From Pseudobdellovibrionaceae bacterium (GTDB lineage Bacteria > Bdellovibrionota > Bdellovibrionia > Bdellovibrionales > Bdellovibrionaceae), in assembly GCA_039810425.1 (NCBI GenBank), contig JBDHWW010000003.1, forward strand, positions 1 through 64,000: a stretch of 64,000 nucleotides of DNA. The letters run 5' to 3'. Position 1 is the stretch's first letter, and each line of letters begins with the position of its first letter. A model generated the notes under the pieces. That model saw only the letters and a program-made list of their open reading frames with translations, was not told where the DNA came from and made no database searches. Both the position numbers and the translations under genes were made by a program. Below are positions 47,010-57,662 of this stretch, one piece after another.

Positions 47010-48105
47010 GCAGTTCCGAGCGGCCTTCGCTAAAACCCAGCAGCACCTTCACGAAGCCGCCGACCGTGGCTACGGCCATGAGGAGTTTTGGCGCACACAA
47101 AACTCTGAAAAGTTCCGTGAGGCCCTCGAAGCCAGCCTGCACAATGAAGCTCCTGAAACACAAAAGCGGCTGACCGCTGAGTATTTTACCTATGGCCCAC
47201 TTGATCATTTATTTGCTGACGAAAACATCACAGAAATACTGGTGAACGGTCCTGAGTCGATCTGGTTTGAAAAAGACGGACGCCTACAGAGGCATCAGGA
47301 TCTTTTTCTCTCAGACTCTAGTTACAATAATGCCCTTCACCGTCTTTGTGAAAAATCTCAATGCCAAAGCACCGTGGAACACCCAGCAGCCACGGGATTC
47401 TTTGATGAGTTTAGACTCACTCTCGTTCGACAAGAACTCACCCGGAATCATCATCATTTGTCCCTACGACGACATCCGAAGAATCCTTGGACGTTGGAAC
47501 GGTTGCTGAGTTGCGGCTGGGCTTCAGAGTCTGAGATTCTAGTACTTCGCGATTTGATGAATCGTCAGCAGAACTTTCTCATTGTCGGCAGCACCGGCAG
47601 TGGTAAGACGTCGCTCATCAATGCTCTTCTACAGAGTATGCCCACAAATGAGCGGGCGATTGTCATCGAGGATACTCCGGAAATTGAGCTCCCGAACCCT
47701 GCGTGTATGAAGATGGTCACGCGCGAAGATCCTCAGGGCGTTTTGAAGAGTGTGACTCAAAGTGACCTCCTCAGGCACTCGCTGCGGCTTCGACCTGATC
47801 GCATTATAATGGGTGAAATCCGCGGCCCGGAAGCAAAAGATCTTCTGATGGCTTTAGCCACCGGTCACGGAGGGAGTTTCGGGACTTTGCACGCGAGTGA
47901 TCCTCGTCAGGCTCTGATTCGGCTCGAGATGCTGATTCAGATGGGTGCCCCGCAATGGAATCTGCAAGCCGTACGAAGGCTCATACATTTGAGCTTAAAC
48001 TGTATTTTAGTCGTAGAGAAAACGCCCGAAGGAAAAAGAAAATTCCAGGGAGCATATAAGATATGTTCCCTGGAAGAAAATGGCTTTTTAGTCGAAAAGA
48101 TTTAG
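47002..48105 (+). CDS. TadA/CpaF pilus ATPase
   Basis: GSTGSGKT, IEDTPE, LRLRPDRIIMGEIRG, TGHGGS.GTLHA. Confidence 0.93.
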   Translation: MIEQFRAAFAKTQQHLHEAADRGYGHEEFWRTQNSEKFREALEASLHNEAPETQKRLTAEYFTYGPLDHLFADENITEILVNGPESIWFEKDGRLQRHQDLFLSDSSYNNALHRLCEKSQCQSTVEHPAATGFFDEFRLTLVRQELTRNHHHLSLRRHPKNPWTLERLLSCGWASESEILVLRDLMNRQQNFLIVGSTGSGKTSLINALLQSMPTNERAIVIEDTPEIELPNPACMKMVTREDPQGVLKSVTQSDLLRHSLRLRPDRIIMGEIRGPEAKDLLMALATGHGGSFGTLHASDPRQALIRLEMLIQMGAPQWNLQAVRRLIHLSLNCILVVEKTPEGKRKFQGAYKICSLEENGFLVEKI

Positions 48106-48108
48106 ACA

Positions 48109-48468
48109 CTATCTCTCGGTTGGCACACTCTGGTAGTTCGAGTTTTGCTCGATATTTTTGAGAGTCTCTTCTGAGAAGGTACCTTCATCTTCTTGCACAG
48201 CGCTGCGTGGATTGAAGAACTTCTCTGCAATGTCTTCAACTGCTTTCGCGCGAGCGCTTTCTTTGCTTGCATTCTTGTATGTTGCTATCGGTTCCGGGGA
48301 GCGATTGTTCGCAAGCGAACTGAGACTCACGCGGTCCTGTACATCTAAAGAGCGGCTCTGAATAGGGCGGCCAAACTCCGGAGCCCCCGGACGCACCGGT
48401 TGATTGCTCCCGATGTCTACTGTCGTAACCCGTCTGCTGGGCGGAAGAATGCGGCTGATCTTTTCCAT
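48109..48468 (-). CDS. Small sigma28-linked hypothetical protein
   Basis: GGAGGTGA SD; DRVSLS motif. Confidence 0.75.
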   Translation of the reverse strand: MEKISRILPPSRRVTTVDIGSNQPVRPGAPEFGRPIQSRSLDVQDRVSLSSLANNRSPEPIATYKNASKESARAKAVEDIAEKFFNPRSAVQEDEGTFSEETLKNIEQNSNYQSVPTER

Positions 48469-48521
48469 CTCTCACCTCCGTGTGGAGACTGTTTCTATGA
48501 GCCATCCTAGCTCATAACTCC

Positions 48522-48548
48522 GTATCGGCTTGAGACGTTCAAACTTGA
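48522..48548 (-). promoter_or_regulatory. sigma28 (FliA) promoter
   Basis: TCAAGTTT-N11-GCCGATAC. Confidence 0.8.
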
Positions 48549-48583
48549 GACATATTCCGGAAAACTAGACCTTGTTCTAGAGG

Positions 48584-49693
48584 CTACCGCTTCGCACGGT
48601 CATACTGCACAGGCCACTTCAGGTCCACGCCGAGCTCTTTTGCCGCGTGCAATGGGAAATACGGGTCGCGGAGGAGTTCTCTGCCAATGAAAAGCGCGTC
48701 GGCCGCGCCCTCTTTCAAAATCATTTCGGCCTGCGCGCCCGAAGTAATGATGCCGACAGCGCCGGTAAAGATCTGCGCTTGATCGCGAATGGCTGCGGCA
48801 AAAGGAACTTGGTAACCTGGGCCCGCAGGTATTTTTGCTTGCGCCGTTGAGCCGCCAGAAGAGCAATCGATCAAATCAACGCCGACTTCTTTGAGCTGTT
48901 TTGCGAACACGATGCTTTGTGGAAGGTCCCAGCCGTCGTCAACCCAGTCCGTAGCAGAAATGCGCACAAACACCGGCCACTTCGCAGGCCAAATCTTACG
49001 AACACATTCTGCGACTTCCAAAGGAAGGCGCATACGGTTTTCCAGCGAACCGCCGTAATCATCGGCGCGGTGATTCGACAACGGCGATAAAAATGCATGC
49101 AGCAAGTATCCATGGGCCGCATGAATCTCGACGACTTCAAAGCCGGCGTCGAGAGCCCGCTGAGCCGCGGTTTCAAAATCCTGCACAACCGATTCGATGT
49201 CTTTTTTTGTCATCTCTCGTGGCACCACGTGGTCACTGCTGAATGCAATGGGACTTGGCCCCTCCGGCATCCACCCGCCTTGCTTGCCATCGACAGCCCC
49301 GCCTCCATGCCATGGAGAAGCGATTGAAGCTTTTCGTCCCGCATGCGCCAACTGAATCCCCGCAACAGCCCCATGCTCCTTCAAAAAAGCGACAATCGGT
49401 TTAAAGGCGTCCCGTTGGGTGTTGTTCCAAATTCCCAAATCCGCCGATGAAATACGACCCACGGGGTGAACAGCGGTGGCTTCGACCATCACAAGACCTG
49501 CTCCGCCGACCGCACGGCTGCCAAGATGAACCATGTGCCAATTGTTCGGCACGCCATCCATCGCCGAGTACTGGCACATCGGTGACATAAAAATGCGATT
49601 TTTAATATTCAACTCACGCAAACGAATCGGCGTAAAGAGTTTCGTTGCATGAGTTGTCAGCGGTGTGTGGGTTTGAACATCCATATGAGACAT
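48584..49693 (-). CDS. NADH:flavin oxidoreductase (old yellow enzyme, YqjM/NamA type)
   Basis: SPMCQYS, QLAHAGRKAS, HAAHGYL, GRELLRDPY, QYDRA. Confidence 0.95.
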   Translation of the reverse strand: MSHMDVQTHTPLTTHATKLFTPIRLRELNIKNRIFMSPMCQYSAMDGVPNNWHMVHLGSRAVGGAGLVMVEATAVHPVGRISSADLGIWNNTQRDAFKPIVAFLKEHGAVAGIQLAHAGRKASIASPWHGGGAVDGKQGGWMPEGPSPIAFSSDHVVPREMTKKDIESVVQDFETAAQRALDAGFEVVEIHAAHGYLLHAFLSPLSNHRADDYGGSLENRMRLPLEVAECVRKIWPAKWPVFVRISATDWVDDGWDLPQSIVFAKQLKEVGVDLIDCSSGGSTAQAKIPAGPGYQVPFAAAIRDQAQIFTGAVGIITSGAQAEMILKEGAADALFIGRELLRDPYFPLHAAKELGVDLKWPVQYDRAKR

Positions 49694-49784
49694 AAAAGCA
49701 AAATATCACTCTCCACTGTAGGTGTAAAGCTGTGGGTGTAAAGAAGGTGCCGTCACTATGTCGTTGGACACGGACCCTTCGGCC

Positions 49785-51626
49785 TTACATCTCTTTGTCA
49801 GAGCCATGTGAGCGGGCCTTGCGAGCTTCATCCACCGCCTTTTCAGCAAGCGGCGTGAGTTTCACGCCGACTTCTGTCAGTTGATCGCGATTTACTTCGC
49901 TCGGGCAATCGGCCATAAGATCCGTTGCTTTTGCTGTCTTAGGAAATGCGATCACTTCTCGGATCGCATCTGTTTCGCAGAGGAGCATCACCAAGCGATC
50001 CAAACCCCATGCGATACCACCATGCGGGGGAGTTCCATACTTCAAAGCTTCGAGGAAGAAACCGAACTTGTGTTCTTGCTCTTCTTTGCTCAAACCCAAG
50101 AGACGGAACATCGCCTGCTGCAATTCGCTGCGATAAATACGGATACTTCCGCCACCCATCTCGTAACCATTACAAACAAGATCATAAGCTTTCGCGAGCA
50201 TTTTACCGTAAGAAGCCTCGTTGCCCTCAATTAAATCCTGGGCGAATTCATCTTTTGGCGAAGTGAATGGATGGTGACGAGCGACCCAACGCTTATCATC
50301 CGGAGAGTATTCAAACGCCGGGAAGTCCACAACCCACAAGAATTTGTAAGTGCCAGGGCTTACAAGCTTCAGCTCTTTACCGAAGTGGATGCGAAGACTG
50401 GACAATGCCGCACAGGCCGTATCGAAATCATCCGCCACGATCAAAGCGCAGTCGCCATTTCCAGCGCCAACAGCCGTAAACATCTCGCCGAGCTTTTCCG
50501 GGCTAAAGAATTTAGAAACCGGAGAGGAATAAGTGCCGTCTGCTTCAGACTTGATCCACACCAGGCCTTTAGCGCCCGCGCGTTTTGCCATGTCCGTGAG
50601 TTTGTCAAATTGACCACGAGAGTAATCGCCGCCCTTAGGAACCGCAATACCACGAACGATTCCGCCGCGAGCAAGAACATCGTCAAACACTTTAAAACCC
50701 GAACCCGTGACAACGGATTTCAAATCTTTGATCTCCATGCCGTAACGCGTATCAGGCTTATCGATGCCATAACGATCCATTGCCTCTTGGTAGGTCATAC
50801 GTGGGATGTCGCCAACGTCGATGCCTTTGATCTCTTTCCAAACCGTGCGCAGCAAGCGCTCATTCATCGCCATGATATCCTCTTGGTCTATGAATGACAT
50901 TTCCATATCGATTTGCGAAAACTCCGGTTGGCGATCAGCACGCAAGTCTTCGTCCCGGAAGCAACGTGCGATTTGGAAGTAACGATCGTAGCCTGAAATC
51001 ATCAAGAGCTGCTTCAACGTCTGCGGAGACTGCGGAAGCGCGTAGAAAGTCCCTTGGTTCACACGCGAAGGAACAAGGTAATCCCGAGCCCCTTCCGGAG
51101 TGGATTTGTAAAGGATCGGAGTTTCTACTTCAAGAAAGCCATTGTCTGATAAGAAACGGCGAACGACTTGAGTTACTTTGTGGCGAGCGACGAGGTGATT
51201 CGTCAAACGCGGAGAGCGCAAATCAAGATAACGATATTTTAAGCGCAACATCTCGTTCACGTTCTCATCATCCACTTGGAATGGAGGAACCGCGGAGTCA
51301 TTCAAAATCTCGCAACGAGCCGCTTCGATTTCGATCCCACCCGTTTTGATTTTTGCGTTCTTCATGCCGTCGGGGCGTGCACGCACCGTCCCTTCGACAG
51401 CAAGAACGAATTCGCCACGTAAATTTTTTGCTGCGGAAGTTTCGGCTCTGTTTGGATCCAGCACCACTTGCACGATGCCTTCACGGTCGCGCAAATCGAT
51501 GAACACGAGGCTCCCGTGATCACGGCGAGTATCTACCCAGCCCATGATAACGACTTTTTTACCGACGTGTTGAGAGTTTAAGTTTCCGCAATATTCTGTT
51601 CTTTTGAGATCTTTGACGAATTTCAT
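49785..51626 (-). CDS. aspS: Aspartate-tRNA ligase
   Basis: [47 protein letters not shown]. Confidence 0.98.
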   Translation of the reverse strand: MKFVKDLKRTEYCGNLNSQHVGKKVVIMGWVDTRRDHGSLVFIDLRDREGIVQVVLDPNRAETSAAKNLRGEFVLAVEGTVRARPDGMKNAKIKTGGIEIEAARCEILNDSAVPPFQVDDENVNEMLRLKYRYLDLRSPRLTNHLVARHKVTQVVRRFLSDNGFLEVETPILYKSTPEGARDYLVPSRVNQGTFYALPQSPQTLKQLLMISGYDRYFQIARCFRDEDLRADRQPEFSQIDMEMSFIDQEDIMAMNERLLRTVWKEIKGIDVGDIPRMTYQEAMDRYGIDKPDTRYGMEIKDLKSVVTGSGFKVFDDVLARGGIVRGIAVPKGGDYSRGQFDKLTDMAKRAGAKGLVWIKSEADGTYSSPVSKFFSPEKLGEMFTAVGAGNGDCALIVADDFDTACAALSSLRIHFGKELKLVSPGTYKFLWVVDFPAFEYSPDDKRWVARHHPFTSPKDEFAQDLIEGNEASYGKMLAKAYDLVCNGYEMGGGSIRIYRSELQQAMFRLLGLSKEEQEHKFGFFLEALKYGTPPHGGIAWGLDRLVMLLCETDAIREVIAFPKTAKATDLMADCPSEVNRDQLTEVGVKLTPLAEKAVDEARKARSHGSDKEM

Positions 51627-51702
51627 AGTGTTATGAGTCTGACACGTTGTCTTATTGCAGTCAAAAACCAAGTCAGGTAAATTGTCTAGACTGGAGTCAA
51701 CA

Positions 51703-52005
51703 ATGCCAAAATTTACGATCGAGCATAACAGCTCACACAGTGCGAAAGAGACCTTCGACAAAATCAAATCCTTTACCAATGACGAAGATCTACGACGCTT
51801 CGATCCTAAGATGCAGTGTCAATTCAATGATGGCGCGATGAATGGTTCCATTAAGGGCAGCCAGTTTAAGGCGGAACTGAATGTGCTAGCACAAGGAACA
51901 GGGAGTAAAATTGAGATCGTTGTCGATCTCCCTATGCTTTTGGCCCCGTTTAAGGGTAAAGTCCAGGAAACTCTCCAGAAGAAATTGTCTAAATATCTGG
52001 CATAA
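51703..52005 (+). CDS. Polyhydroxyalkanoic acid system (PHA_gran_rgn) family protein
   Basis: [25 protein letters not shown] pattern; GGAG SD. Confidence 0.7.
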   Translation: MPKFTIEHNSSHSAKETFDKIKSFTNDEDLRRFDPKMQCQFNDGAMNGSIKGSQFKAELNVLAQGTGSKIEIVVDLPMLLAPFKGKVQETLQKKLSKYLA

Positions 52006-52015
52006 TTGAAAACCT

Positions 52016-53143
52016 ATGAAAAAGAAAGTGGCGGCCAAAAAGCCGAAGGAAAAAGCAAGCTCGGCCAAGAAGCCTGGAACTAAACCTGTTACTCAGCCTG
52101 TTGCGAAGAAAGCAACTTTGGCGAAAAAACCGGTCAAAGCCAAAGCCGTCGTCGCAGAAATTGTGGACGATACCGGCACGCTTGCGCCTGAAGAAGCTGC
52201 CCCCGAGATCGGCAAGGCCTATGCAATACCCAACGAACGCGACATCGAGGAAGAGTTTGGCCTCAATGACGGGCCGACAAAAGGCTTGGTTCCTGCGGCA
52301 GATTCTAAGGCGATCACCTCAACTTCAGATCCGCTGGCGATTTACCTCGCCGATGTCCGCAAGTATCCGGTTCTGAGTAAAGAAGAAGAGCAAAAAATCG
52401 CTAAGAAATACTTCGAAACCAAAGATCCTGAAGCGGCACAGATTCTAGTGAAATCAAATCTTCGTTTTGTCGTGAAAGTTGCCGCTGAATATTCCAAATT
52501 CGGCGCAAAGATGATCGATCTTATTCAAGAAGGCAATGTGGGCCTGATGCACGCCGTGCGCGAATTCAATCCATACAAAGGCGCGCGTTTGATCACCTAC
52601 GCTGTTTGGTGGATTCGTGGTTACATTCAGGAATACTTGATGCGCCAATATTCGATGGTTCGTATCGGCACGACTCAAAACCAGCGAAAACTTTTCTATC
52701 AATTGCAGAAGGAAAAAGACGCACTCGATGCCATGGGGCAGTCCCCAGACATCGCGCTCTTAAGTTCTCGTCTCGGTATTCCTGAAGACGAAGTAGCGCA
52801 AATGGCGCAGCGGATGTCAGGCCGTGATGTGAGTCTTGACCGCCCCCTGGACGATGATTCTGGCGGCACGCTGATGGATTTTCAAAAATCCACGGCTGAC
52901 ATGAGTGTTGATGAGCGTATCGCGCACGAGGAAGAACTAGAGATCTTAAAAAAGAAACTCGAAGAAATCCGTCCCGAACTTTCTGAGCGCGAAAAAATTA
53001 TTCTTGATGAGCGCATTCTCAATGATGATCCGCTGACTCTGCAGGAAATCGGCGAAAAGCACGGTATCACTCGTGAAGCCGTCCGCCAAATGGAAGTCCG
53101 TGTGATGAAAAAAATCAAAGCCAAGATGGAAGAGCTGAAATAG
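52016..53143 (+). CDS. rpoH: RpoH-like sigma-70 family factor with Lys-rich N-terminal extension
   Basis: SNLRFVV, DLIQEGNVGL, TYAVWWIR, RpoH box GTTQNQRKLF, TLQEIG..ITREAVRQ. Confidence 0.85.
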   Translation: MKKKVAAKKPKEKASSAKKPGTKPVTQPVAKKATLAKKPVKAKAVVAEIVDDTGTLAPEEAAPEIGKAYAIPNERDIEEEFGLNDGPTKGLVPAADSKAITSTSDPLAIYLADVRKYPVLSKEEEQKIAKKYFETKDPEAAQILVKSNLRFVVKVAAEYSKFGAKMIDLIQEGNVGLMHAVREFNPYKGARLITYAVWWIRGYIQEYLMRQYSMVRIGTTQNQRKLFYQLQKEKDALDAMGQSPDIALLSSRLGIPEDEVAQMAQRMSGRDVSLDRPLDDDSGGTLMDFQKSTADMSVDERIAHEEELEILKKKLEEIRPELSEREKIILDERILNDDPLTLQEIGEKHGITREAVRQMEVRVMKKIKAKMEELK

Positions 53144-53168
53144 CTCCTCCAGAGCTTGGACATAGCGG

Positions 53169-53906
53169 TTAATTACAAGGTCCTACGGAACCAGAAACAT
53201 TACTATAGTTCAAAACCTTCGCCCCACCGTGCAAACAAATGCCACCAGCGTTGTTGCGAACCATTTTGATCACACCCCCATAAACGTGGATGACCCCGGC
53301 TGTATTCGAGATCTCGTCAATCTCTGCCGCGATGATTTTTGTACCACCGGCCGTGCCCGAGACTGTACCGATCTTCATGGCATGGATGCAAACTTTGCCG
53401 GCCAAATTTGAGACCGATGAAATCTCGTTGGCATTCGCTTGAACCCCGCCTGAGGCACCACTGATTCGCACAATCTTATCGGCAGCCCCGATCAGGATGT
53501 GGCCAGCAACCCCTTGTAAATCGACATTCTAGGCAAGATCAATATTAAGAGCACCCGCGTGACCCTTGAGAACCACATCTTGCGCGGAGCTTGGAATAGT
53601 CATAGGGATTTGCACACCGTTAAAGACGGAGCAGGCTCCAGAGTACGCAATGTTCGGATTATCCAAGCTCTCCTCCGAAGCAGATGGATTTCCACTACCA
53701 GAATTGTGATCGAACATTTGACCGCGGGCATTTTCATCTGTAAACGAAGTACCGTCTTGGAGCGGTTCCATTCCCGCCTCCCCAGCCTTTAAAGATGTCG
53801 CCCCAGCAACCGCAGTGAAGTTTGTTTTACCGCAGTTTTGAAATCCGATGATCAATAGCGTAAGAAGAGTACCGAACACAATTCTTTGTGGTTTTCTGAT
53901 GTACAT
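53169..53906 (-). pseudogene. FQNC-type lipoprotein with beta-solenoid-like repeats, interrupted by an in-frame TAG at 53529-53531
   Basis: The two listed ORFs share one frame and the intervening codons are open apart from one TAG. Confidence 0.75.
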
Positions 53907-53934
53907 TGTTTCCCCCGAGATAACTCCTTACTAA

Positions 53935-53950
53935 AGCAAGATAGCTGCCA
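53935..53950 (-). promoter_or_regulatory. sigma54 -24/-12 promoter
   Basis: TGGCAGCTATCTTGCT, GG-N10-GC. Confidence 0.65.
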
Positions 53951-54070
53951 AATATAAGCGGCCGTAATGAAGATAGGAGGGCCCTGGCTGCTCGGCTCTG
54001 CCAATTCCGTTTCCATCGTTTAAAAGATTTAAACAAAATCAAGGATTCACAATTGCATGAGTTCTCTGTT

Positions 54071-54925
54071 ATGTCCTATTTGGCTCGCATTACCCTATTC
54101 ATAGCGATTATAACTTCCCTTGGGACCGGATCGGCTTCTGCGGCCAATGCCTTTTTGGGGAATCTGTACAATGATTCGACACTCTCCTTTGGTAAACCGG
54201 TGCCAACATCCCCGTTGCCCCCGGACAAAATACGATTGTTCGTTTGGAATATTCATAAGGCTGAAGATCCAAGGCTTTCCCAAGACTTCGCTGACCTGAC
54301 TTTCGGTGCCGACCTCGCTCTTTTTCAAGAGGCCGTCAGCAGCCCTGGTTTTGTCCAGAGCTTAGTCGCCGCCAACACAGATTTCGAATGGACGATAGCC
54401 AAGTCTTTTCAGCTTTTTGATTTTAGCTTTACCGGTGTTGCCACCGCGTACCGCGTGAAACCCGTGGGTGAGACCGTGATTGTCTCTAAGGTGACAGAGC
54501 CCGTGACTGAAACGCCGAAGACGATCTTGCTTTCTCAGTTTTTAATCACCGGCAACTACGAGACACTTTTAGTCGCGAACGTACACGGCATTAACTTCGT
54601 TGGTCTTGAAGCTTATAAAACTCAAATGAATCAACTCGTGGAAAAGCTGCGCCAGCATAAGGGCCCCATGATCGTCGCCGGCGACTTTAATACTTGGGCT
54701 CCAGCACGCCTCGACTATATTAAAAGTCTCTTTGAGCCGCTCGGCTTAGTCCAAGTGAATACACCCGTCGCGGGAATGCTGGATTTAGATCACATTTTCC
54801 TGCGCGGCATGACAGCGAATTTCATTTTCGATTTTTCATATATTGATTCTTCTGACCATGCCCCCCTGATGGTTGATTTAATTTTTGAAAACAGCAAGGT
54901 GATGATGTATGAAGAACACAAGTAA
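54071..54925 (+). CDS. Exported endonuclease/exonuclease/phosphatase (YafD-like)
   Basis: WNIHK, FQEA, NVHGINF, AGDFNTW, LDHIF, SSDHAP. Confidence 0.9.
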   Translation: MSYLARITLFIAIITSLGTGSASAANAFLGNLYNDSTLSFGKPVPTSPLPPDKIRLFVWNIHKAEDPRLSQDFADLTFGADLALFQEAVSSPGFVQSLVAANTDFEWTIAKSFQLFDFSFTGVATAYRVKPVGETVIVSKVTEPVTETPKTILLSQFLITGNYETLLVANVHGINFVGLEAYKTQMNQLVEKLRQHKGPMIVAGDFNTWAPARLDYIKSLFEPLGLVQVNTPVAGMLDLDHIFLRGMTANFIFDFSYIDSSDHAPLMVDLIFENSKVMMYEEHK

Positions 54926-55967
54926 GAATCTTTTCGTACTGGCTGGTTTCGCTGTGGCCCTGAATGCCTGCGATATGAAACGCAATCTCGATGAGATGCA
55001 CGACCAAACCGCCGAGATGAATAGAACCACCCAGCAGATGAACGAAACAACAGGTGATATGAACAAACGCACCGAAGGCCTTGAGAACGCCACTGGTGAG
55101 CTCTACGATGCTCTTCGCCAGGGTGATACTTTGGCTGCCCGCCGCTCCGCTTTGGATAATATGCTGAAAGCAGAAGAGCCCGCGCGCAAGCTCTCGGAGG
55201 CAGCTAAATACTTCATGTCTTTTGAATTCCAGTTCTGGACAAATGCCCACGAAGATAAAGGTGAAGCAAAACGTATCGACCTTGCGACACTCGCCGCCCG
55301 CGAGTTTTTTAAAGATGTTTATCAGTTCATTCCGAACGGCGTAATGAAGACAGATCCGTTCGCCTATCAAATTATCTCTACGGATAAAGGCAATCTCATT
55401 GCTTGTTTGAATGCTCTGGCGGTAACAGCCCATTACTTGAATCCAAAGCAGGAAAAGCGCCTTAAAGAAAATCCTTCGCTGAAATCGATGTCAATGTACA
55501 AGATGATCGAGGAGTCCTTGCTTGCAAAAGCGCCGATTGAATCCGGTGAGAAAAAGATTTCTGACTATCCTGGTTATGTGTTCGAGATTCTTTCTAACGA
55601 GCCCGCGGCAGTTTATTTGATGCAAGCCCGGTACAACTACCTCAGCGTCTTGTTCCTGGGCCGGGCCACTCCGATAGCTCACAGCAAATGGGCTGGCGTT
55701 AAATTCTTTGCAAGAAAGTGGACGCTGGATTTGAATAAATTCAACGCGGCTCAAATCGAAGAGTTCAATATGTTTCTGGAAGGGGCTTTGAAAACCAAGA
55801 AGATCCTTCAACAAATCGGTGTAAAGCCAGAAATGGATTTTATGGCGCAGAGAATGATTAACAACATGACTCTAGTGGATATCACCCAGAACCCTAAGAT
55901 AACGGCCGAGAAAGCATCAAACTTCCGCGAAATCGCCGCCCGCTTGACCGAATTAATGAAATACTAA
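54909..55967 (+). CDS. Hypothetical lipoprotein with N-terminal heptad repeats
   Basis: Lipobox LNAC; M..TT..M repeats. Confidence 0.75.
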   Translation: MKNTSKNLFVLAGFAVALNACDMKRNLDEMHDQTAEMNRTTQQMNETTGDMNKRTEGLENATGELYDALRQGDTLAARRSALDNMLKAEEPARKLSEAAKYFMSFEFQFWTNAHEDKGEAKRIDLATLAAREFFKDVYQFIPNGVMKTDPFAYQIISTDKGNLIACLNALAVTAHYLNPKQEKRLKENPSLKSMSMYKMIEESLLAKAPIESGEKKISDYPGYVFEILSNEPAAVYLMQARYNYLSVLFLGRATPIAHSKWAGVKFFARKWTLDLNKFNAAQIEEFNMFLEGALKTKKILQQIGVKPEMDFMAQRMINNMTLVDITQNPKITAEKASNFREIAARLTELMKY

Positions 55968-55985
55968 GCGAAAGCGGGGCGCCGA

Positions 55986-56771
55986 TTAAGCAACCTCAAG
56001 TTCACCCACGCCAATGCTTTGCTGCAACTTCACGCGAAGCCTTGCCACCGCTTGGGCGTGGAGTTGAGAGACGCGGCTCTCTGTTACGCGCAGAACCTGA
56101 CCGATCTCTTTTAAATTCAGATCTTCAAAGTAATACAAAGAAAGCACCAAGCGCTGACGCTCCGGTAGTTCCTCGATGGCCTGCGCCACGACTTCTTTGA
56201 TGGATTTGATATTGAGCTGATTGAACGGATTGTTCAATTTTGAACCTTCCAAAAGGTTTAAGATCGACTTGTGGTCGTCGTTACTGAAGGATTGGCTGTT
56301 ATCAATGGAAAGCAGGCTCACCGGACGAACTTGGTTCACGAGATCATGAAACTCATCGACCGTGATATTGAGAGCTTTAGAAACTTCCTCATCTGTCGGC
56401 GCACGGCCGAGTTCATTTTCAAGATTTGCCATTGTCTTATCGAGAAGTTTTGCTTTATCACGAATAGAACGTGGCACCCAGTCTTGGGCGCGGAGTTCAT
56501 CGAGGATCGCGCCGCGGATGCGGAACTCGGCATAAGTTTTAAATTTATTGTCGCGAGTCGGATCGTATTTATCGATGGCGTCCATTAAACCGATCACACC
56601 TGCAGAGATCAAATCATCCAGTTCAATATTAGAAGGGAGGCGCACGGCGATCTTTTGTGCGACGAACTTAATCAGCGGAGCGTATTCCTTAATCAACTCA
56701 TCCTTTTGTTTCTGGGTGAGTTTCTTAGGCTCTTCTTTGTATTTTTTCAGCAATGCCACGTTTTTCGCCAT
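55986..56771 (-). CDS. fliA: Flagellar sigma factor sigma28
   Basis: DDLISAGVIGL, RIRGAILDELRAQDW, ESRVSQLH; follows flhG. Confidence 0.97.
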   Translation of the reverse strand: MAKNVALLKKYKEEPKKLTQKQKDELIKEYAPLIKFVAQKIAVRLPSNIELDDLISAGVIGLMDAIDKYDPTRDNKFKTYAEFRIRGAILDELRAQDWVPRSIRDKAKLLDKTMANLENELGRAPTDEEVSKALNITVDEFHDLVNQVRPVSLLSIDNSQSFSNDDHKSILNLLEGSKLNNPFNQLNIKSIKEVVAQAIEELPERQRLVLSLYYFEDLNLKEIGQVLRVTESRVSQLHAQAVARLRVKLQQSIGVGELEVA

Positions 56772-56831
56772 ACGTTCCCTCTGTAATTCCATGTTAGCAA
56801 ACGGATACCAGTTCTAAAAAGTCCAATTCCC

Positions 56832-57662
56832 TTAAGCTACACCGACGACCTGCTCCCAGAACATCTGGAGCCCGCCCTTAGTAAGGGTTTTCTGGCTAGA
56901 ATTCTCGATTTGCGAACAGAGATTCTTGATAGCTTTTGCGGACTCTGCGGTCGTATCATGTCTCATGATGAGACGATTGAGCTGCGTCGCCTTTCGAAGT
57001 ACGGGGTCCATAGGTACCGAACCCCAGTAATCAAGACCAATGCAGAGGAACTTGTTCACAACATCGTTGAAGCGTTGATAGAGGCCCGCGCCTTCAGCTT
57101 CGTCGCGAACATTGTTGCAGATAATTGAAAACTTATTTTCTTTGTACTTCTGATGAAGAACCTTAATCAGCGCATAGGAATCCGCGAGGCTTGCTGGATC
57201 CGGAGTGATGACAACCGAGATCGTTTGCGCGGCCGCATTCAGATATAAAACATTGTCCGCAATTCCCGGCGCGGTATCAATCAGCAAGTAATCAAAATCC
57301 TGTGGCAAAGTGCTCACCGCTTCGATCATCGTGCGCCGTTGAAAGCTATTGAGATTGTTAAACTCCAAGATACCGCTGCCGCCAGGAATCAAGAACACAT
57401 CTTTTGCCACCTCAATGAGGATTTCTTCAACAGTCTTATCACCCATAATAACATCATGGATATTTCCGCCGGCCTTGACGCCGTAGAGGATATCCACGTT
57501 TGCCATCCCCAAATCGCCGTCAAAGATCAAGACTTTGTTTCCCGTCTGTGATAATCGCAGTGCCAGGTTCGAAGTCAGAGTGGTTTTACCCACGCCGCCT
57601 TTGCCCGAGGTGATACTGATTGTACGTGTTCCATCGCTTTGGAAGAGTCCGTTGTATTTCAT
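56832..57662 (-). CDS. flhG: MinD-like flagellar number regulator
   Basis: TSGKGGVGKT, DGDLGMAN, DTAPGI; between flhF and fliA. Confidence 0.95.
   Translation of the reverse strand: MKYNGLFQSDGTRTISITSGKGGVGKTTLTSNLALRLSQTGNKVLIFDGDLGMANVDILYGVKAGGNIHDVIMGDKTVEEILIEVAKDVFLIPGGSGILEFNNLNSFQRRTMIEAVSTLPQDFDYLLIDTAPGIADNVLYLNAAAQTISVVITPDPASLADSYALIKVLHQKYKENKFSIICNNVRDEAEGAGLYQRFNDVVNKFLCIGLDYWGSVPMDPVLRKATQLNRLIMRHDTTAESAKAIKNLCSQIENSSQKTLTKGGLQMFWEQVVGVA

Noticed and set aside
49717..49780. Tandem TGTRGGTGTAAAG pair and imperfect hairpin after aspS
   Set aside because: Too short; consistent with an ordinary terminator/promoter region
56796..56810. sigma54-like site TGGTATCCGTTTGCT before fliA
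   Set aside because: GG-GC spacing is 9, not the required 10
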